IMG/VR virus record: IMGVR_UViG_3300039216_000106
Span: 721-64,720 of that record
DNA from: a virus
Direction: 5' to 3' (one strand)
Length of the DNA: 64,000 bases
Shown here: piece after piece, positions 52,228-60,087 of the stretch
Layout of the letters: each line of letters begins with the position of its first letter
How positions within the stretch are numbered: position 1 is the first letter of the stretch
Made by a program: the position numbers and the translations under genes
The notes under the pieces: generated by a model
What the model saw: only the letters and a program-made list of their open reading frames with translations
Told to the model about the DNA's origin: nothing
Databases searched by the model: none

Positions 52228-52932
52228 ATGCGCAATCTCGTAGATTACCAATCCGCGCCGTACAATGGGCCGTTTTCCATCAGTGCGGCGCTGCTCACCG
52301 GGGTTGCTGCGGCGCCCTACGAGGGCCTTTGGGTTCCGATCCAATGGGCCAAGTCCGGAAGCATCGAGTTGAGCGGCACGTTCAGCGCCATCGATGTTGA
52401 CCTCTATGTCAGCAACGCGGAACAGGCGCCGGCCAACCAGTATGTTGCGACGTTGGGCGGTTCTGCAACTGAGGCGGATCACGTCGGCATCACATTTACG
52501 TCTCCGCTCATTTCGGGCGGCAAGACGGTAAGCTACACCGTGGCGAACGGAAACGACTTGACCGCGATCGGCGCTGGCCTCGCCGCCGCAATCAACGCGG
52601 ACACCACATTGGCTGCGCTCGGCATCACGGCTGGAGCCGCGTCTGGCGTCGTCACCGTCTCATGGCCCAGCACGTCACCGACCGAAGGCGCAGGGCAGTT
52701 CTCGTCGCCATCGTCGCCGTCCCAAGCCAACGACCTCAGCCTCGCCTCAGCGCTTTCCGCAGGCGCCACAGAGACGATCACATTCACGACCGGCACCAGT
52801 GGGCTCAAACTCGGTTCGACCATAAGCGCCGCCGGTCTGACCTCAATCGCCACATCGTATCGCTGGATCAAGGCTCGCCTCACCAGCATGACCGGGTCAT
52901 CCGCCGTCGCCAACTACGCCGGGGTCGCGTAA
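52228..52932 (+). CDS. Virion-associated protein carrying one copy of the shared ~75-aa module
   Basis: 234 aa. The module spans aa 72-146 (ATLGGSATEADHVGITF...VSYTVANGNDLTAIGAGLAAAINADTTLAALGITAGAASGVVTV). Confidence 0.5.
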   Translation: MRNLVDYQSAPYNGPFSISAALLTGVAAAPYEGLWVPIQWAKSGSIELSGTFSAIDVDLYVSNAEQAPANQYVATLGGSATEADHVGITFTSPLISGGKTVSYTVANGNDLTAIGAGLAAAINADTTLAALGITAGAASGVVTVSWPSTSPTEGAGQFSSPSSPSQANDLSLASALSAGATETITFTTGTSGLKLGSTISAAGLTSIATSYRWIKARLTSMTGSSAVANYAGVA

Positions 52933-53017
52933 CCGCGCTTTTCTAATTCCGAGGACACCATGCGTAAATTCCTGATCGCACTTCTCGCCGCTAAAGCATC
53001 CATTGGAGTTGCATAAC

Positions 53018-56000
53018 ATGGCTGTCTATTTCACGCGAGTGGCGACCCTTTCCGACCTTGCAGCAAAAAATGCAGCCCAATGTTCAAGCGTTGGCGGTTT
53101 TATCTGCGATGAAACAGGCCATTCATACGAGTGGGAATCAACATCTACAAAAGCGGCCGCGTCGGCTTCTTTTCCACAAGGCGTTTGTCCGACAGTCATC
53201 ATCCCGGTGGGTAACCCTGCATCCGGCCGGTTGGAAATTATACTTGCAGATTCCGACGTTGCTGCAGTTCAGGTGATAGCAACAACCGGTCGCGTTCCAG
53301 ATCTTGCAAAAGTTGCGTCGGTATCGACCACAAATATCACCTTATCCGGCGAGCACACCATCAATGGATTCACAACAAGCGCATCTCGCGTCTTGCTGAT
53401 TGCACAGACCACACAAAGCCAAAACCGTGTTTGGATAACCGGGTCGGGCGCATGGACCACCGCGACAGACGCGGATAGCGCTGCGGAACTCGGGCTTGCT
53501 ACCGTCGAAGTTGATGCGACTACATCAACGCTTGCAGGTCAGCGGTATCAATGCCCACTCACCGCCGCGCAGATAACGGCCGGTGGTGGTGTCGGCACGG
53601 TAGCAATCCCCCCATGGGTCAACATTGGAACAAACGCAGCGGCTGCCGCTGTCGCCGCCGAGGCTGCTGCCCGCTCTGCCGCGGATGATATTTTACGCGG
53701 GGAGTCTATAACGGGCGGCGTGACTGCTCCGGGTGCAGGTTATGGTGGGTGGGGCCCTGGTGCAACCGTATTTTGTAGCCAACCCTTCACTGCAACGGGT
53801 CTGCTTCAGACATTAAATTTTTATTTAGATTACGCAGGTCCAGTGGTACTGACTTTAGTTGAACTGAACGACGCAGGTACCTCTATCGTGCAACTGGGAG
53901 ATACTCTTACCCTCCCAAATGCAGTTGGCGGACTCAATACTGTGACGACATGGAATCCTGTCGTCACTCAAGGGTGGTATGTAGCGGTTCAAAACGTCTA
54001 TCACAATGTCAGATACGATAATCAGGCAGGATCATACCTGATTAGCACAAGTCAGGCAATAACGATAGCTAGTACACTCTCTAATGTTGGAGGGGTTATT
54101 TCTGAAATTGGTTGGAAGATTATTACAGGAATTGCTGCTGAGGCCACTATACGTAGTACAAATGATGCTGCTGAAGTCGTAGCGCGCAACGCGGCCATCG
54201 CTGTTGAGACTGGAAATCGTGAAGATGCAATCAATGCTGAGGCTGCGGCTCGCCAAGCACTTGCAGGCGCGGTGCTTTCTGGCGGAGAACTCAACCCAAC
54301 CGCAGCCTATGGCGCTTGGACTCTTGGGAACACCGTATTTTGCAAAGATCCCTTTGCGGCCACTGGACCAATTAAATCAATCCCAATATATATGCCTGCG
54401 GCAGGGTGCATTGAACTTGCACTGGTAAAATTAATTGCTGCAAATACGTTTACGTCTGCGATCTGGACGTCAGGTGTTCTTACGCTAACTACCGCCGCCG
54501 CACATGGAGTGCCGTCAGGTTCTGACGTAACAATCTCGGGGCTAACTAGCTCAAATAGTGTGACGGTGAACGGGACGTTTGCGACGGCCTCTGGGACTAC
54601 AGGATCGACTATCAATATCCCCATTTCTGCCGATCCTGGAACGGTGGGGTATTCTTCTGGCGCGCTCGCTGCGGGGATGGTTGTTGGAGAGACTTACGAA
54701 TACACCGCCGCGGCTGGTACATCGGTCATCACCACATGGCATCCAGTCGCCGCGCCGGGGTGGTATTTGACAGCCTATGCGGAGGGGGGAAACCATATTC
54801 GGTATGCTAATACTGTCGGTCAGAACAGCTATGCAATGCTGGGGCGTCCTGGTGAATTGTCTGGTGCAGTTGTAGACTACAGCGGTATTGTTTTTCAATT
54901 CGGCTGGACGATGACCTGTGGTCTAGTGGGGGAAACCATAGCCAGTGGAGGAGCGGCGGAGGCACTATCCGCAGCAATTCTAGATCAATCAACAAGCACC
55001 CCAACCACAGTCTCGGCCGCGACAGCACTGGGAATTAAAAAAGCATTTCTTGTTACTGGCTATAGTGACGCCGACGCTACGGCGGCGGTCAATAACACGA
55101 TTATTCCAGACACCACTCCTGACTACATTTCGGCCATACAGTTTGTGCAGCCTGCTTGGGCTGATCGTAACGGCAATAGCGGTTATGCACAAAGCAATGA
55201 GTTTTCCGGAACTGGTGGGGCGCCCGTCCTAACCACCCAGCCGTACTACAACAAAATGCCGGACTCGACGTATGCGGACTTTGTAGCAAACCCAGGGCCG
55301 GATGTGAATCACATCCGCTATGAAATAACCGATACAGGTACAATTACCGGTGAACGGCCACTACTGATTGGCGGTGACGCAGTAATAAACGTTGTGCCTG
55401 AGACTACTTTTTGTGAGTCGTCAAACTACGCGGTAGAGTGGGCCTCCGACAATTGGGGTGTTAATCCTGCGAAAAACATCGTCTACGCTTTTTGTGGTGG
55501 ACGTGGTGGAGAGCCACTCAACCACTTCATCAAAGGTACCGATCCATATACAGTATTTATGGACTTCTTTGCGCAGTCACAAACCTATTTCCATTCTCAA
55601 AATCTGAGCTACAACGTCCAAACGATACCCTATATCGGACACGAGAACATTGATACCGCTGCCACGCCTGATGCCTATTCTTGGGCGGAGATGTTTAAGA
55701 AGTTAGCGCACGATAGATCGGGAGATATTGCAAATCTCACCGGACAGCAAACTCCGGCCTACACTCTCGGCGTACCGACTTGCGTCGGAGTTTTGCAGGG
55801 GCAGGCACAGCAGGGCATGTTGAAGGCTTGTCTGGAAGACTCGATTTGCTGCTACGTTACACCTGATTACGACATAGTGAGAAACACGGTAGACGCTACG
55901 CACTATATTCGCTCAGGGGCTCTCTACTTAGGAGCAAAAATTGGTCGGGCTCGCGCTCAGATAATGGGTTCTCCAACTTACGGAATTCGTGGCAGAAAAC

Positions 56001-56572
56001 CAGATTTTTTGAAACCAATAAACTTTATTTATTATGGCATAAGCAAGGGCTCAAAAGTCATCCTTACATTTCAGGCTCCCGGCGTACTTGAGTTTGCACA
56101 GCTTACCTTGGCCGGAGCAACGGGTTGGTCAAACAAACCTAGTGGCGCAAATGGTTGGGCGCCTCGCGGATTGAACCTGCAAGCCAAGGGTATTGGGTCT
56201 CTTTTCTCCTCGGATAACACTACAGCTTATAATCAGATGATCATCGGCAGTAATACCGTTTCGATTGAATTTACTCTTGATCACGACCTTCCATCTGCGG
56301 GTAATGGTCCGGCCCTCATCAGTATCTCAACAGGCGGCTGCGGAGATTTGTACGGACAAGTAGTGGCTCCTGGAATTAACGTTGCCAACGGCGGAAGTTG
56401 TGACTTGCGCGCCCATAGCACGGATGTCTATCATAATCCAGCGGACGGCATTGATTACCCCATGCACCACCTTTGTCCGCTGTTTTCTATGATTGCGACT
56501 CCAGCCCCTTCAATTCCATTTTCACAGTACCCGGACAATGAAGACTGGTTGCGGATGATGGGATTAGTGTAG
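53018..56572 (+). CDS. Large fibre/tailspike-like protein (receptor-binding or depolymerase candidate)
   Basis: 1184 aa in a lower-GC stretch. The N-terminus (NITLSGEHTINGFTTSASRVLLIAQTTQSQNRVWITGSGAWTTATDAD) is typical of phage fibre/tailspike heads. There is an internal ~200-aa duplication. Confidence 0.6.
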   Translation: MAVYFTRVATLSDLAAKNAAQCSSVGGFICDETGHSYEWESTSTKAAASASFPQGVCPTVIIPVGNPASGRLEIILADSDVAAVQVIATTGRVPDLAKVASVSTTNITLSGEHTINGFTTSASRVLLIAQTTQSQNRVWITGSGAWTTATDADSAAELGLATVEVDATTSTLAGQRYQCPLTAAQITAGGGVGTVAIPPWVNIGTNAAAAAVAAEAAARSAADDILRGESITGGVTAPGAGYGGWGPGATVFCSQPFTATGLLQTLNFYLDYAGPVVLTLVELNDAGTSIVQLGDTLTLPNAVGGLNTVTTWNPVVTQGWYVAVQNVYHNVRYDNQAGSYLISTSQAITIASTLSNVGGVISEIGWKIITGIAAEATIRSTNDAAEVVARNAAIAVETGNREDAINAEAAARQALAGAVLSGGELNPTAAYGAWTLGNTVFCKDPFAATGPIKSIPIYMPAAGCIELALVKLIAANTFTSAIWTSGVLTLTTAAAHGVPSGSDVTISGLTSSNSVTVNGTFATASGTTGSTINIPISADPGTVGYSSGALAAGMVVGETYEYTAAAGTSVITTWHPVAAPGWYLTAYAEGGNHIRYANTVGQNSYAMLGRPGELSGAVVDYSGIVFQFGWTMTCGLVGETIASGGAAEALSAAILDQSTSTPTTVSAATALGIKKAFLVTGYSDADATAAVNNTIIPDTTPDYISAIQFVQPAWADRNGNSGYAQSNEFSGTGGAPVLTTQPYYNKMPDSTYADFVANPGPDVNHIRYEITDTGTITGERPLLIGGDAVINVVPETTFCESSNYAVEWASDNWGVNPAKNIVYAFCGGRGGEPLNHFIKGTDPYTVFMDFFAQSQTYFHSQNLSYNVQTIPYIGHENIDTAATPDAYSWAEMFKKLAHDRSGDIANLTGQQTPAYTLGVPTCVGVLQGQAQQGMLKACLEDSICCYVTPDYDIVRNTVDATHYIRSGALYLGAKIGRARAQIMGSPTYGIRGRKPDFLKPINFIYYGISKGSKVILTFQAPGVLEFAQLTLAGATGWSNKPSGANGWAPRGLNLQAKGIGSLFSSDNTTAYNQMIIGSNTVSIEFTLDHDLPSAGNGPALISISTGGCGDLYGQVVAPGINVANGGSCDLRAHSTDVYHNPADGIDYPMHHLCPLFSMIATPAPSIPFSQYPDNEDWLRMMGLV

Positions 56573-56579
56573 CTGAAAC

Positions 56580-56663
56580 ATGAACAACATCGGTGACGCG
56601 GTATCCAAGGAGCAAGAGTTTGTGACGGCTCTGGCGTGCGCGCTGCAGACGGAAGGGATGTGA
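56580..56663 (+). pseudogene. Truncated paralogue of the 14650 lysis-cluster membrane-protein gene (27 codons)
   Basis: 56613-56656 matches 14689-14732 at 38 of 44 nt. The peptides are VSKEQEFVTALA and VSKAQEFVTALA. Confidence 0.4.
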
Positions 56664-56664
56664 C

Positions 56665-56769
56665 ATGAGTGAAATCGGCCAAACTGTCTCTGACCTGCTC
56701 AAGATCAACGCCAGCGCCAACCAAATCGAAACGAAATGGCTGCTTGAAGTTGCCTCGCGTAACGCCTAG
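56665..56769 (+). CDS. Possible 34-aa ORF
   Basis: MSEIGQTVSDLLKINASANQIETKWLLEVASRNA. Starts 1 nt after the previous stop. Very uncertain. Confidence 0.2.
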   Translation: MSEIGQTVSDLLKINASANQIETKWLLEVASRNA

Positions 56770-56802
56770 AATTACAAACCAACGATTTGAGGACATTGAC
56801 CT

Positions 56803-57438
56803 ATGTCGTCACCCGGATCAGAACCGGTAACGCCTCCGAACCCAGCACCGACACCAGCCGCACCCGTAACGCCGCCCACTCCGACGCCAGCTACGCCGGT
56901 AGAGCCGCATGAGACGCCGGAACAGGCTCGGTCTCGGCTCAACGCTGAGGCCGCTGCATACCGCATTCAGGCCAAGGATGCGCGGGAATTGGCGAGGGAC
57001 GCAGAAGCCAAACTGGCGGCGCTGAAAACCTCCGCCGAAACAGACAAGCAATCAGCCATTGCGGCGGAAAGGTCAAAAGTGGACGCGTTGAAACCTCGGA
57101 TCATCGAAGCGGAACTCAAGGCGGCGCTGGTCGGCGAAGGCGTGCTCGATCCCGAACTGGTTGGCCTTGTCGGCCGCGACGGCATTACGGTGGACGAAAA
57201 CGGAGCGGTTACCGGTGTGACAGAGGCTGTGGCGAAGTTCAAGGCGGCGAAGCCCAATTTCTTCCGCGCGCCCGCGGCGCCCGCACCGGCCCCAGTTCCG
57301 GCCCCAACATCCAGCGGCAACCCGTCAGCCCCGCCGGCCAATCCCAATCCGAGCCCGACGAACGTCAAAGACATGTCGGCGTCTCAGTACCGAGATTACA
57401 AGTCCGGCATTCGGCGCCGGTTGCGTGGCGGGCGGTAA
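56803..57438 (+). CDS. Capsid scaffolding protein
   Basis: 211 aa with GAGGA RBS. Pro-rich N-terminus, then a long Ala/Glu/Lys coiled coil. Located just upstream of the capsid gene. Confidence 0.65.
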   Translation: MSSPGSEPVTPPNPAPTPAAPVTPPTPTPATPVEPHETPEQARSRLNAEAAAYRIQAKDARELARDAEAKLAALKTSAETDKQSAIAAERSKVDALKPRIIEAELKAALVGEGVLDPELVGLVGRDGITVDENGAVTGVTEAVAKFKAAKPNFFRAPAAPAPAPVPAPTSSGNPSAPPANPNPSPTNVKDMSASQYRDYKSGIRRRLRGGR

Positions 57439-57717
57439 TGCATTGAGTTAGGCGCAAGCCGGAGGTGGTGGGCGGGCTGGATGTTGCGCTAACAACGTCC
57501 GGCCCGTCTGCTTTAATTGGCGAGGTGGTATCTGGCGATCTGTACCAGGACATCCGAGACACGCGACCCCATGGTCCGAACAAAGATGCGCGGTGGGGTG
57601 GATGCTTGAAGCGGTGCGAAAGCACGGGAGCAAGGGAAGTGCCGATCCTAGCGCGCAAACGGCCCGTACCCGACAGCGAAGCGTAGGCCGAGGGCAGTCT
57701 GGACCACCCGCCAACAT

Positions 57718-57951
57718 TCATCCGCCAAAGACCGCCACACCAACCGCCCATAGCACCGATCCCACAAACGCAGCGGCGAACGGTGCGATGAACCAAAGCC
57801 AGAAGCGGACGATGCGACCGGCGGCTAGGGCGCCGTCTTCTATTTCATCGGGGTCACGCGGCGGCCGCACGTAAATGTAACGCGGATGCTGCCAGCCGAA
57901 CGTATCGGACAGCGTTACAACGGCTCTATGACGAAATCTCATGTCGAACAT
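57718..57951 (-). CDS. Possible small membrane protein (antisense, between scaffold and capsid genes)
   Basis: The C-terminus is hydrophobic (RFWLWFIAPFAAAFVGSVLWAVGVAVFGG). However, it contains two copies of the regulatory box, so its coding status is doubtful. Confidence 0.25.
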   Translation of the reverse strand: MFDMRFRHRAVVTLSDTFGWQHPRYIYVRPPRDPDEIEDGALAAGRIVRFWLWFIAPFAAAFVGSVLWAVGVAVFGG

Positions 57952-58030
57952 ATTGACAGAAAATGTTCGCGAGGGATATCTATTGATTTGCAAGCGAGAT
58001 GCGAGCCGCGCTGGGTACTGTGCGCGTTAC
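57877..58030. promoter_or_regulatory. Three boxes (GTAACGC 57877; GCGTTAC 57912 and 58024) upstream of the major capsid gene
   Basis: The cluster lies 100-260 nt upstream of the capsid ATG. Confidence 0.45.
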
Positions 58031-58133
58031 AAGAAGGTACTCAAAGGGCCAGGTGCCCCGCGCCGGTAAACAAGTCCGGGATGGCCAGGGGCCGCGAAGT
58101 CTACAACCGCAACCGCCATTTTGAGGACTTGCC

Positions 58134-59507
58134 ATGGCCAACTGGACCGGCTTCCCGGCCGCGCTCGCCGCCGAACTTCAGACCGGATTATTGGAACGCG
58201 AATTCGAAGAGGGTTTGGATTCCATCCTCGGCTACCGCCGCGAAGCGATGCAGGAGACCATTCCGGCCCGCATCGGTGAATCGATCACCCGCACCCGTAC
58301 CGGCCGCAAGGCGCCGGTCACCACACCGATGAACGCACAGTCCTCGTCCTCGCTGGACAACGGCTTGAGCGCGTCGGACGCGGCTCTTGAGCAATATACA
58401 CTCGCGACCTACGAATACGGCGACGCCACCGACGTGAACCTCATGCAGGATCTGGCGTCGATCGCGAACAACATGACCCGCGTGGCCCGCAACAACGGTG
58501 TGCAGTCGGCGCAGTCCTTGGAGCGCTTGGCCCGCTCGGCATTCTTCAGCGCGTATCTGGGCGGCAACACTCGTGTCCGCGTTGACCTTGGCGCACCTGG
58601 CACCACGAGCTGCTACGTCGATGACATTCGTGGCTTTCAGACCGTCCTGGTCAACGGAAGGCCGACGCCGGTCGGTTCTGGCACGAACATCACAGTGCAG
58701 GAAATCCAGGCGTCATCCTCCGGTGTAACCCAGACCCTGACCGTGACTTCCGTGGTTGCGGAAGGAACCAACCACTCCAAGACGCCAGACGGCATTTCCG
58801 GCACGCTCACGTTCTCGGCCGCCACCACGCCGGTCAACGGCGATGCCTTGGTTGCTTCGAACGCGCCGCAAGTGTTGCGCCCGATGGGGCGTTTGTCCAC
58901 CGCGTCTCTTCAGGGCGGCGATGTGATGACCCTCGGCATTTTGCAGGACGCCACCACGATCCTGAAAAACAACAGCGTTCCGCCCACCGACGACGGCAGC
59001 TATCACGTCATCCTCGACAACACGTCGATGCGCCAGTTGTTCGCCGATCAGGACTTCAAGGTGCTCTACGCCGGTCGCTATCAGTCGAAGGAATGGGAGA
59101 CAGGCGATATCGTCCGCCTGCTCGATATGACCTTCATTCCGACGACGGAAGCCTATGTGCAGACCGCATCCACGACCACGGCAAACGGCGCCACCGACAA
59201 GATTGGTGTCACGGTTCGCCGCCCGCTCGTGATCGGCGCCGAAGCGCTGATCGAAGGCGACTTTGAGGGCTTGGACACTTGGCTGGAACGTTCGGGCATG
59301 AACAACATTTCCGACGTGTTCCTGGTCGACAACATCGCGCACATCGTCCGGCCGCCTCTCGACCGCCTCGCGCAGTGGGCATCATTCGCCTGGACTTTCA
59401 TTGGTGGCTACGCCGCACCTTCAGATTTGACCGCCACCACCAGCATCATTCCTACTGCCAGTAGTGCGCTCTACAAGCGTTGTACGGTGATCGAGCACGC
59501 AGGTTAA
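58134..59507 (+). CDS. Major capsid protein (HK97-fold candidate with insertion)
   Basis: 457 aa with GAGGA RBS, directly after the scaffold region. No paralogue in the window. Confidence 0.7.
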   Translation: MANWTGFPAALAAELQTGLLEREFEEGLDSILGYRREAMQETIPARIGESITRTRTGRKAPVTTPMNAQSSSSLDNGLSASDAALEQYTLATYEYGDATDVNLMQDLASIANNMTRVARNNGVQSAQSLERLARSAFFSAYLGGNTRVRVDLGAPGTTSCYVDDIRGFQTVLVNGRPTPVGSGTNITVQEIQASSSGVTQTLTVTSVVAEGTNHSKTPDGISGTLTFSAATTPVNGDALVASNAPQVLRPMGRLSTASLQGGDVMTLGILQDATTILKNNSVPPTDDGSYHVILDNTSMRQLFADQDFKVLYAGRYQSKEWETGDIVRLLDMTFIPTTEAYVQTASTTTANGATDKIGVTVRRPLVIGAEALIEGDFEGLDTWLERSGMNNISDVFLVDNIAHIVRPPLDRLAQWASFAWTFIGGYAAPSDLTATTSIIPTASSALYKRCTVIEHAG

Positions 59508-59512
59508 TTCGT

Positions 59513-59653
59513 ATGCTGACTAAAACCGGCCATAAGAAGTGCCCCGCATGTGGTGAGATAAAACTCGCCGCGGAGCATTTCTATGCCGTGACGGTAGAAG
59601 AATACGCGCCATTGCTGGCGCCGACGATCCGAGAACTCGCGTTGCTCAACTGA
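59513..59653 (+). CDS. Possible 46-aa protein (CPAC knuckle)
   Basis: MLTKTGHKKCPACGEIK.... Not in the ORF track. Confidence 0.25.
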   Translation: MLTKTGHKKCPACGEIKLAAEHFYAVTVEEYAPLLAPTIRELALLN

Positions 59654-59665
59654 AAGGGCAAAATT

Positions 59666-59899
59666 ATGAAAAGTCCCTCCAAGAATGTCTCGGCTTCCCT
59701 TCACAGTCAGAAGGAAGCCGGTCGATCCGCGATCAAGCCGACCGTTTCGGGTCTGAAAAAGGGCGTTTCGATGACGGTTCCCGGTGAGGGTGGCGTCGAG
59801 AAACCGGCAGGCGCTGGGCGCGGCTCGCAAGCTGGTCGTTCCGCCGCGGTCTACGCCGATGCGGTTTCCAGCAAGTTCGGCGGAAAGAAATCGACGTGA
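59666..59899 (+). CDS. Hypothetical basic Gly/Ser-rich protein
   Basis: 77-aa ORF. Confidence 0.4.
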   Translation: MKSPSKNVSASLHSQKEAGRSAIKPTVSGLKKGVSMTVPGEGGVEKPAGAGRGSQAGRSAAVYADAVSSKFGGKKST

Positions 59900-60084
59900 C
59901 GACGCGCCGCGTCAGCGGCGGGACGAAGACAGTCGGTTCCATGGACACTTCGCTTCCGCAAGCCTTTCATCCTGGCTGGGATGCGAGACCGGGCTTGGCC
60001 CAAGCGCATGACCACGTTTTGCGCCGCGAGGCCATGGGCAAGAAAAAGACGCCCATTGGTTCGGGCGTGATGAGGAAGAAATAG
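59896..60084 (+). CDS. Hypothetical basic protein
   Basis: 62 aa with GTGA overlap. Confidence 0.35.
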   Translation: MTTRRVSGGTKTVGSMDTSLPQAFHPGWDARPGLAQAHDHVLRREAMGKKKTPIGSGVMRKK

Positions 60085-60087
60085 GCC

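Noticed and set aside
57465-57686. 73-aa plus-strand ORF in the scaffold-capsid gap
   Set aside because: Its GTG start lies within (overlaps) the RBS-like GGAGGTG string. Third-position GC (about 62% by my count) is lower than in neighbouring genes, and the peptide has no features. It is left as unexplained sequence rather than called as a CDS.
57439-57720. tRNA, tmRNA or RNase P-like RNA in the GC-rich gap
   Set aside because: I could find no cloverleaf with a T-loop (GTTCRANNC) or CCA-adjacent acceptor stem, and no resemblance to the tmRNA or RNase P consensus segments I can recall. Only short hairpins were found.
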